This document shows, in pieces, positions 1 to 8,291 of a stretch of DNA of 64,000 bases. Each line of letters starts with the position of its first letter. Position 1 is the stretch's first letter. The stretch spans positions 5,277-69,276 of the forward strand of contig SUXT01000001.1 of the NCBI GenBank assembly GCA_015060835.1, given 5' to 3'. The stretch is from Bacteroidales bacterium (GTDB lineage: Bacteria; Bacteroidota; Bacteroidia; Bacteroidales; Bacteroidaceae). The notes below the pieces were generated by a model. The model did no database searches and was not told where the DNA came from. It saw only the letters and a list, made by a program, of their open reading frames with translations. A program made the translations under genes and the position numbers.

Positions 1-557
1 GTGTACGTAAATCAATCAGCAGTTTTCTAGAAAACCACCTTTATCTGAAAGTAAATCAAGAAAAGAGCGCGGTTTCCTACGTCCAAGGCATAAAATACCT
101 TGGCTATTCTTTCCGTGTATCCAAAGGTAAATGCTCTCTGACTATTCACCGCAAATCCAAGACAAAGTTGAAATCAAAACTAAAAGAACTGACTAAACGC
201 AGTAATGGATGGGGCTATGAGAAGAGAAAGCAGAAACTACAGGAATATATGCGAGGATGGGTAGGTTACTTTTACTTGGCTGAGATGAAACGGTTGTGCA
301 TAGAAACAGACGAATGGTTACGTCGCAGAATCCGCATGTGTATATGGAAGTCATGGAAGAAAATCAAGACAAAGGTCTCCAACCTCGTTAAATGTGGCAT
401 AGAGAAGTATCAAGCCTACCAATGGGGTAACACTCGCAAAGGCTATTGGCGGATAGCTGATAGTGCTATATTAAAGCGGGCAATCCCTAATACATCGCTA
501 AAGGTGGCAGGCTATCCTTGCTTGACGGATTTGTACCGCGAATGGAATCTAAAATAG
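1..557 (+). CDS. Group II intron reverse transcriptase/maturase, C-terminal part (partial, 5' end outside window)
   Basis: Frame 3 is open from nt 3. My translation gives ...SSFLENHLYLKVNQEKSAVSYVQGIKYLGYSF..., and it continues into the listed ORF 168-557 (YMRGWVGYF, RRRIRMCIWKSWKK). This is the typical RT thumb/maturase (X) domain pattern. The TTG at 168 is only the first start-like codon in a longer open frame. Confidence 0.85.
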   Translation, partial: VRKSISSFLENHLYLKVNQEKSAVSYVQGIKYLGYSFRVSKGKCSLTIHRKSKTKLKSKLKELTKRSNGWGYEKRKQKLQEYMRGWVGYFYLAEMKRLCIETDEWLRRRIRMCIWKSWKKIKTKVSNLVKCGIEKYQAYQWGNTRKGYWRIADSAILKRAIPNTSLKVAGYPCLTDLYREWNLK

Positions 558-650
558 GAACCGCCGTATGCCGAACGGCACGTACGGTGGTGTGAGAGGT
601 CGGAAAACGAAAGTAGGAAGAAAACTGCTTCGTTTTCCTCCTACTCGATT
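558..650 (+). ncRNA. Group II intron ribozyme domains V and VI (predicted)
   Basis: At 563-590, ccgtatgcc-gaac-ggcacgtacgg resembles the conserved domain V helix. At 613-644, gtaggaagaaaac...gttttcctcctac forms an imperfect helix consistent with domain VI carrying a bulged branch-point A. Confidence 0.6.
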
Positions 651-1054
651 CATAAATTCTAAAAAAACTACTGACGGTTTTGAACGTAGCAACAATGCGT
701 GTACCGACGAGTGCAAACGTTAGTATTTTAGTGCAGATCTCTAAGTTCTATAGTTCACTAAATTCTCTAAAATCCTTGCTTAACTAAAAAACTTTGTTTA
801 ATTTTGCGTAGTAGATGGCTTGCTCTCGGCAGACATATTTATTAGTGAAAGTGTTTCGCTAATCCTTAACAATTAAATTTGGCGATTTTAGACGAAAGGA
901 TAACGGATGCTTACATCACTGGTATTGGTATGTTTCGTCGGCACGTTCTGTGCCTACTCCACATACTGTACGGATGAGTAGTATTGTTTTTTTCGTCGAG
1001 GCCACGCCAAATGCCCATTGTTAGATAAACGAACATCTCACACTTTCTTTTTAT

Positions 1055-1468
1055 ATGAACCCGTTGTGGGATGTGCAGTGGATATTTGTAAATTATATTA
1101 CTATGGGATTATTTGACATTTTCAAAACAAAGAAAAAAGTATCTGGGTTATCATCTTATAGGTATCGTGGTAGATGGTATGGATTGATGCTATGCCTTGG
1201 AGAGGAAACTGGACGAGATATGAAAGACAAACTTAAAGACAAAGGCTCAGAATTACTTACTATGTTGGAACTTAGCAATGAGTTCCCGAAAGACTTTGAG
1301 TATGTTAATCAGCTCCTTGATTTAGAAAAGCGATATGAATCTAATGACAAATACTATTCAGAAGATGAGCGCCAAAAAGAGTATATGCTTGGCGCTATCG
1401 AAGCTAAGAAAGTTTATCTTAACGGTAAAAAATGGGAATTACTTTTAGTGGATAAGGATATTGACTAA
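1055..1468 (+). CDS. Hypothetical protein (the true start may be the internal MGLFDIF...)
   Basis: ORF of 137 aa in an AT-rich accessory stretch. I recognise no motif. Confidence 0.35.
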   Translation: MNPLWDVQWIFVNYITMGLFDIFKTKKKVSGLSSYRYRGRWYGLMLCLGEETGRDMKDKLKDKGSELLTMLELSNEFPKDFEYVNQLLDLEKRYESNDKYYSEDERQKEYMLGAIEAKKVYLNGKKWELLLVDKDID

Positions 1469-1590
1469 TTGCATATTTGTATGAGATGGACTCACCGCTA
1501 TGCCATTTCACTGAATTACCGTCAACGTATGTACGGGTCTGGGCATCACTTTCATCATCAGCTACGGTAGCGTAGAGCACCTCGGGGAGG

Positions 1591-1673
1591 TCACTTGTCC
1601 ATCCGCATTTGCAATGCGGATGTGTTGAGCGTAAGCATTTACAATGCGATTACATATATCAATCCGATTGAAC
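1591..1673. repeat. Direct repeat copy 1 (about 83 bp) containing two small hairpins
   Basis: tcacttgtccatccgcatttgcaatgcggatgtgttgagcgtaagcatttacaatgcgattacatatatcaatccgattgaacc. It is near-identical to 1781-1866. It contains the hairpin catccgcat/atgcggatg. Confidence 0.8.
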
Positions 1674-1780
1674 CGGCCAATATAGGTGAATACACGTTCT
1701 ACGACACAGAATTCTCATGTTTCTGCGTTTAATCTATTATTATTGTCGGAGAGTAGGAATCTACTTCCCGTTGTAAATCA

Positions 1781-1866
1781 TCACCCTTGTCCATCCGCAT
1801 TTGCAATGCGGATGTATTAAGTGTAAGCATTTACAATGCGATTACATATACCAATCCTATTGAACC
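1781..1866. repeat. Direct repeat copy 2 (about 85 bp)
   Basis: tcacccttgtccatccgcatttgcaatgcggatgtattaagtgtaagcatttacaatgcgattacatataccaatcctattgaacc. It differs from copy 1 by a few substitutions and one indel. Confidence 0.8.
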
Positions 1867-1939
1867 TGTATAAGCGAAAACCGAGCTACATTAGCACCAT
1901 TCTGAAGGCAGTTTCAGCCCCAAGGGGTTGTTAAAGACA

Positions 1940-1970
1940 GAGGCTGCGCCAAACAAATGGCACAGCCTCC
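1940..1970 (-). terminator. Possible terminator hairpin downstream of panB
   Basis: gaggctgcgcc-aaacaaat-ggcacagcctc, an imperfect 11-bp stem about 95 nt past the panB stop. Confidence 0.3.
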
Positions 1971-2065
1971 GCTGAATTATTAACTGCATCCGACACCATC
2001 CATTCAGCATCGGAGCAAAAAAGAATCTTCTACCCTATTGGTTATATTATAAATCCCTATAAAGC

Positions 2066-2887
2066 CTAATACTGCTCCTTCTCGTTGGGGAAATCGCGGC
2101 TCTTCACATCGCTTACATAACTGCCCACTGCGTCACAGATAACATCATTCAAGTTAGCATATCTGCGCAGGAAGCGAGGACTGAATCCACCCGACATACC
2201 CAACATATCGGTACAGACGAGCACCTGACCGTCGACATCGGCACCGGCACCTATACCTATGATAGGAATACTCACACTCTCGGCAACCTTTTTCGCCAAC
2301 GAAGCGGGAATATTTTCAAGTACAATGGCAAAGCAACCAGCCTCCTCAAGAAGTTTAGCATCCTTGAAAAGTTTGTCGGCCTCCTCCTCATCGCGTGCAC
2401 GAACAGTGTAAGTACCGAACTTGTTTATACTCTGAGGCATCAAGCCCAAATGTCCCATGATGGGGATACCCGCATCAAGAATCTTGCGCACAGAAGGAAG
2501 AATCTCCTCGCCGCCCTCCATCTTCAGAGCATCGGCATGGCTCTCCTTCATAATGCGGATAGCATTCTTCACAGCCTCATCAGCATTTACCTGATACGTA
2601 CCGAAGGGCATATCCACCACAACAATGGCACGCTTTACAGCCCTCACTACAGACTTTGCATGATAAATCATCTGGTCGAGAGTAATAGGCAATGTAGTAA
2701 TATTACCCGCCATCACATTCGAAGCGGAATCGCCAACAAGAATAGCATCCACACCGGCAGCATCCACAATGGAAGCCATAGTATAGTCATATGCAGTGAG
2801 CATGGCAATCTTATCACCTTTAGCCTTCATTTCGATAAGGCGATGCGTAGTAACCTTGCGAGGGTCATCGACAATATATTTAGACAT
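2066..2887 (-). CDS. panB: 3-methyl-2-oxobutanoate hydroxymethyltransferase
   Basis: 273 aa. [23 protein letters not shown] and GHLGLMPQS are typical PanB motifs over the full length. Confidence 0.9.
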   Translation of the reverse strand: MSKYIVDDPRKVTTHRLIEMKAKGDKIAMLTAYDYTMASIVDAAGVDAILVGDSASNVMAGNITTLPITLDQMIYHAKSVVRAVKRAIVVVDMPFGTYQVNADEAVKNAIRIMKESHADALKMEGGEEILPSVRKILDAGIPIMGHLGLMPQSINKFGTYTVRARDEEEADKLFKDAKLLEEAGCFAIVLENIPASLAKKVAESVSIPIIGIGAGADVDGQVLVCTDMLGMSGGFSPRFLRRYANLNDVICDAVGSYVSDVKSRDFPNEKEQY

Positions 2888-2993
2888 TTTTCTTTTTATT
2901 TAATAAAACATAAACACGTCGCAGATTATTCAAACGACGGCACCACAAAGTTAAAAACAATATTCTAATCCCCGAAACAATACGGCAAAAAGA

Positions 2994-3632
2994 TTACTTG
3001 TTACCCTCGGTATACTCATCATCACCATTAAGCACCGGCAGACAAATATTATATTTCACAGCCAAAGTACGCACGATGAATATAAACACACTGCAAGTAA
3101 TCTGCGAGACGATAGTCTCGGCACCCAACCTGTCGCACAGGCAATAGACCAAAGCGCCAATCACACAAGCCATCGCATAAATCTCCTTTCGGAAGAATAG
3201 TGGCTCCTCATTGATAAAAATATCGCGCATCACACCACCGGCCGAACCCGTCAGCGTAGCCATCACAACAGCCACCCAAATAGGATAATCAAGCGCAAGT
3301 GTCTTCTCGACACCCACAACAACAAAGAGCGCAAGACCAATGGTATCGAACACAAAGAAAGTATTGTTCAATCTGATCAAATATTTTCCAAAGAGAATAA
3401 CCCAAAACAGAGCAAATGCCGAACAGAGCAGATACATGGAATTTGTCATCCAGAAGGGGGTAACGTTCAACAAAATATCTCTGATGGTACCACCACCGAT
3501 AGCAGTAACCAGACCAACGACATAAGCGCCGAACCAGTCGAAGCGCTTGGCCGAAGCCAATCTTATACCACTTATAGCAAAGGCAAATGTACCCGCAATC
3601 TCCATTAAATCGACAAACGACGGTAAATTCAT
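2994..3632 (-). CDS. Trimeric intracellular cation channel family / UPF0126 (YadS-like) membrane protein
   Basis: 212 aa, polytopic. It carries a duplicated GGGTIRDILL / GGVMRDIF glycine-rich motif. Confidence 0.75.
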   Translation of the reverse strand: MNLPSFVDLMEIAGTFAFAISGIRLASAKRFDWFGAYVVGLVTAIGGGTIRDILLNVTPFWMTNSMYLLCSAFALFWVILFGKYLIRLNNTFFVFDTIGLALFVVVGVEKTLALDYPIWVAVVMATLTGSAGGVMRDIFINEEPLFFRKEIYAMACVIGALVYCLCDRLGAETIVSQITCSVFIFIVRTLAVKYNICLPVLNGDDEYTEGNK

Positions 3633-3729
3633 TTCAAAACATTTCTAAAAATCCGGTGCAAATTTACACGAAAATAAATTCAAAACATCTATATTTGTAA
3701 AATACTTCTAAAATAAAACAACATACACC

Positions 3730-4086
3730 ATGAAAAAGACACTCCTATTATTCCTCACTCTATTGTTTACTCTCAGTTTCACCTCGTGCAACCCAACCAA
3801 AAGCTCACTGAACGAGATGAGCAAAATCTGCGAGAAGATAGAAAACAACTTCGACAAATACACCGAAAAAGAGATAAAGGAACTCACAGCCCGCTTCTCG
3901 GAATTGGAAAAGAAACTCGAAGCAGGCGAACTGAGCGAAAATGAGAAAAAAGAACTCGCCAAGCTCAAAGGCCGCTACTACGGCTCATTTACCAAAGGCG
4001 CAATAAAAGCCACCAAAAAAGAGATAAAGAAAATAACCGACAACATCGAAAGCACAGTAGAAGGCTTCATCGAAGGCATAAAATAA
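3730..4086 (+). CDS. Small lipoprotein, lysine/glutamate-rich, function unknown
   Basis: Signal peptide with a lipobox-like LSFTSC. The remainder is a helical, charged sequence. Confidence 0.7.
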   Translation: MKKTLLLFLTLLFTLSFTSCNPTKSSLNEMSKICEKIENNFDKYTEKEIKELTARFSELEKKLEAGELSENEKKELAKLKGRYYGSFTKGAIKATKKEIKKITDNIESTVEGFIEGIK

Positions 4087-4100
4087 CAACCCAAATAGAA

Positions 4101-4146
4101 ATATCAGAGACTGTTCAGCCATCAAAAAATGAACAGTCTCTGATAT
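4101..4146 (+). terminator. Strong hairpin between the lipoprotein gene and the ARH-phosphatase gene
   Basis: atatcagagactgttca ... tgaacagtctctgatat, a perfect 17-bp stem. It lies 15 nt after the stop at 4086 and 14 nt before the ATG at 4160. Confidence 0.6.
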
Positions 4147-4159
4147 TATAACACCACAA

Positions 4160-5431
4160 ATGATACTAAGCATCATAGCAAGCGACATTATAGCAGCCCA
4201 CCTCACAAGCCGCGCCGAAAAAGCCGGTATCCCTTTACAGCAAATACTCACCGGAGCACACCCCACAGGCAACACAGTACAGACACTTGCTGTCGCCGAA
4301 TGGCTCATCGAAGACAGCGAACACACCGCCGACATACTCATCGCATATCTGCGCAAATGGGCACACAAATACCACGATGCAGGATACACCCGACCATTCG
4401 AAGAGTGGCTCGGCAACACAAACCATGCAACCATAGACACCCCCGATAACACCCCGGCCCTCCGCATCGCCCCCATAGCACTATATGCGCACAACCTTGA
4501 CGAAGCACTGCACCTCGCCAAAATATCCGCAGAAGCAACACACAGCCACCCCGACAGCATAAAAAGCGCACAAGCAACAGCGGCAGCCATCCATTTGGCC
4601 CACAAAGGCGCAAGCAAACAAGAAATAAAAACATACCTCGAACATACATTCGGCTACAACCTGAGCACAGCGGCGGAAACATCCGACACAACAGTCGAAG
4701 CCATCAGGATATACCTCGACAGCAACAGCCTCGAAGAGACCATCCGGCGCGCAGCAGCCACTGGTAACCCCACCATAACAACAATATCTGCCACCCTTGC
4801 ATCAGCCACCTGCGGTGACGGGTACACCCTCAACGAAGAGAGACGGAGAGCCTGTCTATCCATCCTGCCAAGCAGAATGATAAACTACATATACACATTC
4901 AATCACCTGCTCGCCCACCCCACCATCGACACCCCCATACGCAACTCATACAAGGTCGACGACAGAATCTACGCAGGAGAATACCCCGCAACAGCCAATG
5001 AAAAACTGGGACGCCGAGACATCGACCGCTTCATCCGCTTCGGCATAACCCACTTCATAGACCTCACCGAAAGCGGCGAGCTGCTCCCCTACACACAATG
5101 GCTACACAAAGAGCAGACCCACATACGCTTCGCCATAAAAGACTGCGGTGTCCCCACCACAGACAAAACAGCCCAACTGATAAAAACAATAACAACCATA
5201 CTCAAAGAGAAAGAAAACAGAATATACATACACTGCCGCGGAGGTATCGGACGCACAGGCACCATAGCAGCCTGCTACTACGCAACATTCCTCAAAGAAT
5301 ATCATCCCGTAATCGACCTCCTCACACGACAATACTCCCACTGCCCGAAATCAGCATACAGGAGCAGCCCCGAAACACTTGAGCAAAAACGCTTCATAAT
5401 GCAATACATCGACTACATCAGCAAGCAATAA
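4160..5431 (+). CDS. Fusion protein: degenerate ADP-ribosylglycohydrolase-like N-domain plus Cys-based (dual-specificity/PTP-type) phosphatase C-domain
   Basis: The N-half has ARH-like spacing (MILSIIASDIIAA..., TGNTVQTLAVAEWL, ATGNPTITTISATLASA). The C-half has the CX5R P-loop HCRGGIGRTG preceded by FIDLTE and KDCGVP. Confidence 0.7.
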   Translation: MILSIIASDIIAAHLTSRAEKAGIPLQQILTGAHPTGNTVQTLAVAEWLIEDSEHTADILIAYLRKWAHKYHDAGYTRPFEEWLGNTNHATIDTPDNTPALRIAPIALYAHNLDEALHLAKISAEATHSHPDSIKSAQATAAAIHLAHKGASKQEIKTYLEHTFGYNLSTAAETSDTTVEAIRIYLDSNSLEETIRRAAATGNPTITTISATLASATCGDGYTLNEERRRACLSILPSRMINYIYTFNHLLAHPTIDTPIRNSYKVDDRIYAGEYPATANEKLGRRDIDRFIRFGITHFIDLTESGELLPYTQWLHKEQTHIRFAIKDCGVPTTDKTAQLIKTITTILKEKENRIYIHCRGGIGRTGTIAACYYATFLKEYHPVIDLLTRQYSHCPKSAYRSSPETLEQKRFIMQYIDYISKQ

Positions 5432-5459
5432 AAAGACCTCAACCATACAGAGCGAAGTT

Positions 5460-5503
5460 GACAAAGCCCCCGACAGTTATTTCTAACTCTCGGGGGCTTT
5501 GTC
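5460..5503 (+). terminator. Intrinsic-terminator-like hairpin after the ARH-phosphatase gene
   Basis: gacaaagcccccga ... tcgggggctttgtc, a perfect 14-bp GC-rich stem followed by atattt. Confidence 0.65.
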
Positions 5504-5616
5504 ATATTTAGCATTCTATACAGCTATATTATTAGTGGCAGTTGTCTCACCAAGAAAATCCTGTTCTTACCCCCACAAAGAATATTACTAATTTATAGAA
5601 CCTCCATTACGAACAT

Positions 5617-6819
5617 ATGGCAAAGATTAAGGTAAAATTCCGCACTTCGACAAAAGAAAGGCATGAAGGAACAATCTACTATCAAATAATTCACAATCGT
5701 GCAACACGTCAAATAAAAACAGATTACAGGCTACTCGCACGCGAATGGAACGAACATGAGAGCACAGTAATCATTACAGGCGGCGACAGGTATCGGCACA
5801 TTCAATCCATCAAAGAACATATAGACGAAGAGATTGGGCAACTGCAATCTGTGATAAAACATTTTGAAGAAAAAGAATCAAAATACACAGCAGACGAAAT
5901 AGTCTCCGCCTTTCATAAATATAACGACGGACAATCACTGTTCAAATTTATGCAGGAGATAATCGACCGACTGCAACAAATGGGCAAACAACGTACATGT
6001 GAAACATATCGCACTACCCTACGGAGTTTTATGCAATTCAGGAACAACAAGGACATTCAATTGAATAACATAAATTCGGATATAATACAAAAGTATGAAT
6101 CATATTTACAGCTAAAAGGGCTCAGCAAGAACAGCACATCATTTTACATGCGCATCCTTAGAGCTGTATATAACCGCGCTGTCGAAAATGAATTGACCAT
6201 CAACCGCACCCCTTTCAAACACGTATATACAGGAATTGACAAAACCATAAAGCGTGCAATACCCTTGAAATCGGTCAAGCAAATAAAAGAACTAAACCTC
6301 TCACAACAACCGGCATTGGAGTTTGCACGCGACATATTCCTGTTTTGTTTCTACACACGTGGAATGTCATTCATCGACATAGCATATTTGAGGAAGAAAG
6401 ACCTCACGAACGGTACACTCTCTTACCGCAGACGCAAGACCGGACAACAGTTGCTTATACGATGGGAAAATTGCATGCAGGAGATTGTAGAGAAATACAA
6501 CAATTCCCAATCACAATACATGCTACCGATAATAAAATCCATAAACAAGGACGAACGCATGCAATACAAGAATGCAATATGCCTCATCAACCGGAAATTG
6601 AAGATAATCGGCAAAATGGTAAACCTTCAACTTCCACTGACAATGTACACTGCAAGACACTCTTGGGCTAACGCAGCAAAAAGCAAAAACATTCCTATAT
6701 CGGTAATCAGCGAGGCTATGGGACACGACTCTGAATCGACCACGCAAATTTACCTCTCTTCACTCGATACATCTATTGTGGACAGAGCAAACAATATCAT
6801 TATAAGGGAAGTGTTATAA
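5617..6819 (+). CDS. Tyrosine-type site-specific recombinase/integrase (Bacteroidota family with an N-terminal Arm-type DNA-binding domain)
   Basis: 400 aa. The N-terminus MAKIKVKFRTS...GTIYYQIIHNR is typical of this family. The C-terminal catalytic region has ARHSWANAA, MGHDSESTTQIYL (HxxR ... H ... Y). Confidence 0.9.
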   Translation: MAKIKVKFRTSTKERHEGTIYYQIIHNRATRQIKTDYRLLAREWNEHESTVIITGGDRYRHIQSIKEHIDEEIGQLQSVIKHFEEKESKYTADEIVSAFHKYNDGQSLFKFMQEIIDRLQQMGKQRTCETYRTTLRSFMQFRNNKDIQLNNINSDIIQKYESYLQLKGLSKNSTSFYMRILRAVYNRAVENELTINRTPFKHVYTGIDKTIKRAIPLKSVKQIKELNLSQQPALEFARDIFLFCFYTRGMSFIDIAYLRKKDLTNGTLSYRRRKTGQQLLIRWENCMQEIVEKYNNSQSQYMLPIIKSINKDERMQYKNAICLINRKLKIIGKMVNLQLPLTMYTARHSWANAAKSKNIPISVISEAMGHDSESTTQIYLSSLDTSIVDRANNIIIREVL

Positions 6820-6904
6820 ATAACGTGAAAGGAGGGAAATATTTATAGCAAGCAATTGAAGTACCCGAAAGGGGAAGAAGTTCGAATGAATAGACAAACA
6901 AAGA

Positions 6905-6953
6905 GAACTCCTCCGTCTTCAACTGCTTACGCAATTGAATCCACCTTCACTTC
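6905..6953. repeat. Partial third copy of the recombinase-adjacent repeat core
   Basis: gaactcctccgtcttcaa...ttgaatccacct is repeated at 7024-7072 in the same orientation. The 18-nt core gaactcctccgtcttcaa is also present inverted at 7296-7313. Confidence 0.7.
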
Positions 6954-6982
6954 AAAAGGATGGGTTAACAGCAAACAGAGTA

Positions 6983-7050
6983 ATATTTATTGTTGTCCGG
7001 TAAATTTTATTCTGCTTATGTTTTGAACTCCTCCGTCTTCAAAAACATAG
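6983..7050. repeat. Left arm of a long inverted repeat (about 65 bp)
   Basis: gtccggtaaattttattctgcttatgttttgaactcctccgtcttcaaaaaca matches the reverse complement of 7291-7346 with 1 mismatch and 1 indel. Weaker similarity extends about 14 bp further out. Confidence 0.85.
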
Positions 7051-7181
7051 TTTTTGAATCCACCTCCTCTTCAAGAGGAGGAATGTAAATTCTTGAAAAC
7101 TACTAATGTATGACATTCTCCCTCTTGAAGAGGGACATTGCGTAATAAGCAATGTTTGCGACGACGAAAGCTTTAGCTTTC

Positions 7182-7246
7182 CAAAACTATAGCAAGCGAG
7201 TGAATGGAAGTTTACTTACATTTACAACGAGCGCAGCATAGTTTCG
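7182..7246 (+). repeat. Copy of the roughly 85-bp palindromic intergenic repeat family (divergent copy)
   Basis: caaaactatagcaagcgagtgaatggaagtttacttacatttacaacgagcgcagcatagtttcg aligns by eye with the units at 35443-35677, 51023-51095 and (reverse orientation) 12293-12439. Confidence 0.55.
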
Positions 7247-7290
7247 ATATTATCAAAGGAGTGCCGAGCTTGCGAGGTCATTCAAAAACT

Positions 7291-7360
7291 TGTTTTTGAA
7301 GACGGAGGAGTTCAAAACATAAGCGGAATAAAAATTTACCGGACACTAATAAATTTCATT
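7291..7360. repeat. Right arm of the long inverted repeat
   Basis: tgtttttgaagacggaggagttcaaaacataagcggaataaaaatttaccggac is the reverse complement of the left arm. Its outer end overlaps the stop codon of ORF 7346-7702. Confidence 0.85.
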
Positions 7361-7702
7361 GATGATTTGCAGTGCAGTTTCTGGTGCACTTTGTAGTGCA
7401 CTTTCGAGTCCACTTTCGAGTCCACTTTGCAGTCCGGTTTTGAGTACACCCCGTTTTGAAGCTTTTAATGAACCATCTTTATGAGCAATGTCTGCTATAA
7501 TATTACCAGCAGCTTCATGGCATGGAATGGTTATTCTAAAGAAGGTACGTTCATCATCGGTAACTTCATCCAAGTGTAAAACATACGACACCGGATTCTC
7601 TATGCTGAATATATTCTTGAGATAACGGATATAGACCTTCATCCATTGATAAAGTTTACCTTCACACTGAAGCTTTATCATCTGCTCATGCGTTCCTGCC
7701 AA
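7346..7702 (-). pseudogene. Probable C-terminal remnant of an ATP-binding/putative transcriptional regulator (AlbA_2/HATPase_c_4-like) gene
   Basis: 118 aa only. TFFRITIP and a short-repeat tail GLQSGLESGLESALQS followed by a short helix resemble the C-terminal end of much larger Bacteroidales proteins. No N-terminal domains are present. This is a tentative call. Confidence 0.35.
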
Positions 7703-7787
7703 GATGATGCTATAGCCTTAGTGTGTACGTTGTTTAGAGTTCTTAGTACCTAAAAAATCAACCTATTTCCCGGAAAATACTCCTCCC

Positions 7788-8291
7788 TTAGTACATCTCA
7801 ATATACTCATAACTATTCCCGACCTCCTGAAGATAGCGTGCAAACTCCTCTTTCGAGATAACCACTGTCGCATGGTTGTCGTTGGGGTGGAAGCTGAGCG
7901 ATTCATACTTTGTCAGGTTGCTGTCGAGGAAGAGATGCACATGATTCTCCGCATCGTTTATAAGTCCGAAGGGTGATACCGAGCCGGGGCTTATTCCTAA
8001 ATATTTCTCCATGCGTGCGGGCGATGCGAATGTCAGTTTGCCTTGATGCAGGCGCTGTTCAAGGTCGTGTATGTCAAGGTCCTGCTCGCAATCGAGAACT
8101 ACAAGATAGTGGCGATTGCCTTTGTGGTTTCTGAAAAACAAGTTCTTGCAGTGTTTCGAACCATCGTCGCGCCAATGTTGTTTGGCTATTGCTATCGTGG
8201 GGGCTTCGGGATGCTCGTAATAATCATATTTGTACCCCTTGTCATTGAGGTAGTCGAGTACCTTATCTATACGTTCTTTGTTCATGGTCAT
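7788..8291 (-). CDS. YbaK/ProX-type aminoacyl-tRNA deacylase (prolyl-tRNA editing domain protein)
   Basis: 167 aa. HCKNLFFRNHKG, GSVSPFGL and FHPNDN are typical YbaK/EbsC-family motifs. Confidence 0.8.
   Translation of the reverse strand: MTMNKERIDKVLDYLNDKGYKYDYYEHPEAPTIAIAKQHWRDDGSKHCKNLFFRNHKGNRHYLVVLDCEQDLDIHDLEQRLHQGKLTFASPARMEKYLGISPGSVSPFGLINDAENHVHLFLDSNLTKYESLSFHPNDNHATVVISKEEFARYLQEVGNSYEYIEMY

Larger units (their letters stand above)
1..650 (+). mobile_element. Group II intron, 3' portion only (tail of the intron-encoded protein plus ribozyme domains V-VI); the 5' part lies left of the window
   Basis: An open frame runs off the left edge and encodes an RT/maturase-type sequence. 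It is followed directly by a domain V-like hairpin and a domain VI-like hairpin. The 3' boundary near 645-650 is estimated, not mapped. Confidence 0.75.

Noticed and set aside
1591-1866. Possible CRISPR array.
   Set aside because: There are only two copies of an 85-bp repeat. The repeats are too long, there is one roughly 107-bp spacer, and no cas genes are present. The repeats translate to the same peptide, so decayed coding repeats are more likely.
2450-2968. Long antisense or alternate-frame ORFs inside well-supported genes. Examples are 2450-2968, 4338-4691, 8298-8975, 8537-9325, 11648-12109, 19260-19802, 21403-21879, 24889-25503, 27875-28669, 31073-31843 and 52296-52919.
   Set aside because: Each lies entirely within, and opposite to or out of frame with, a gene that has clear family motifs. 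Their translations are low-complexity or Cys/Arg/His-rich with no motif. They are typical shadow ORFs.
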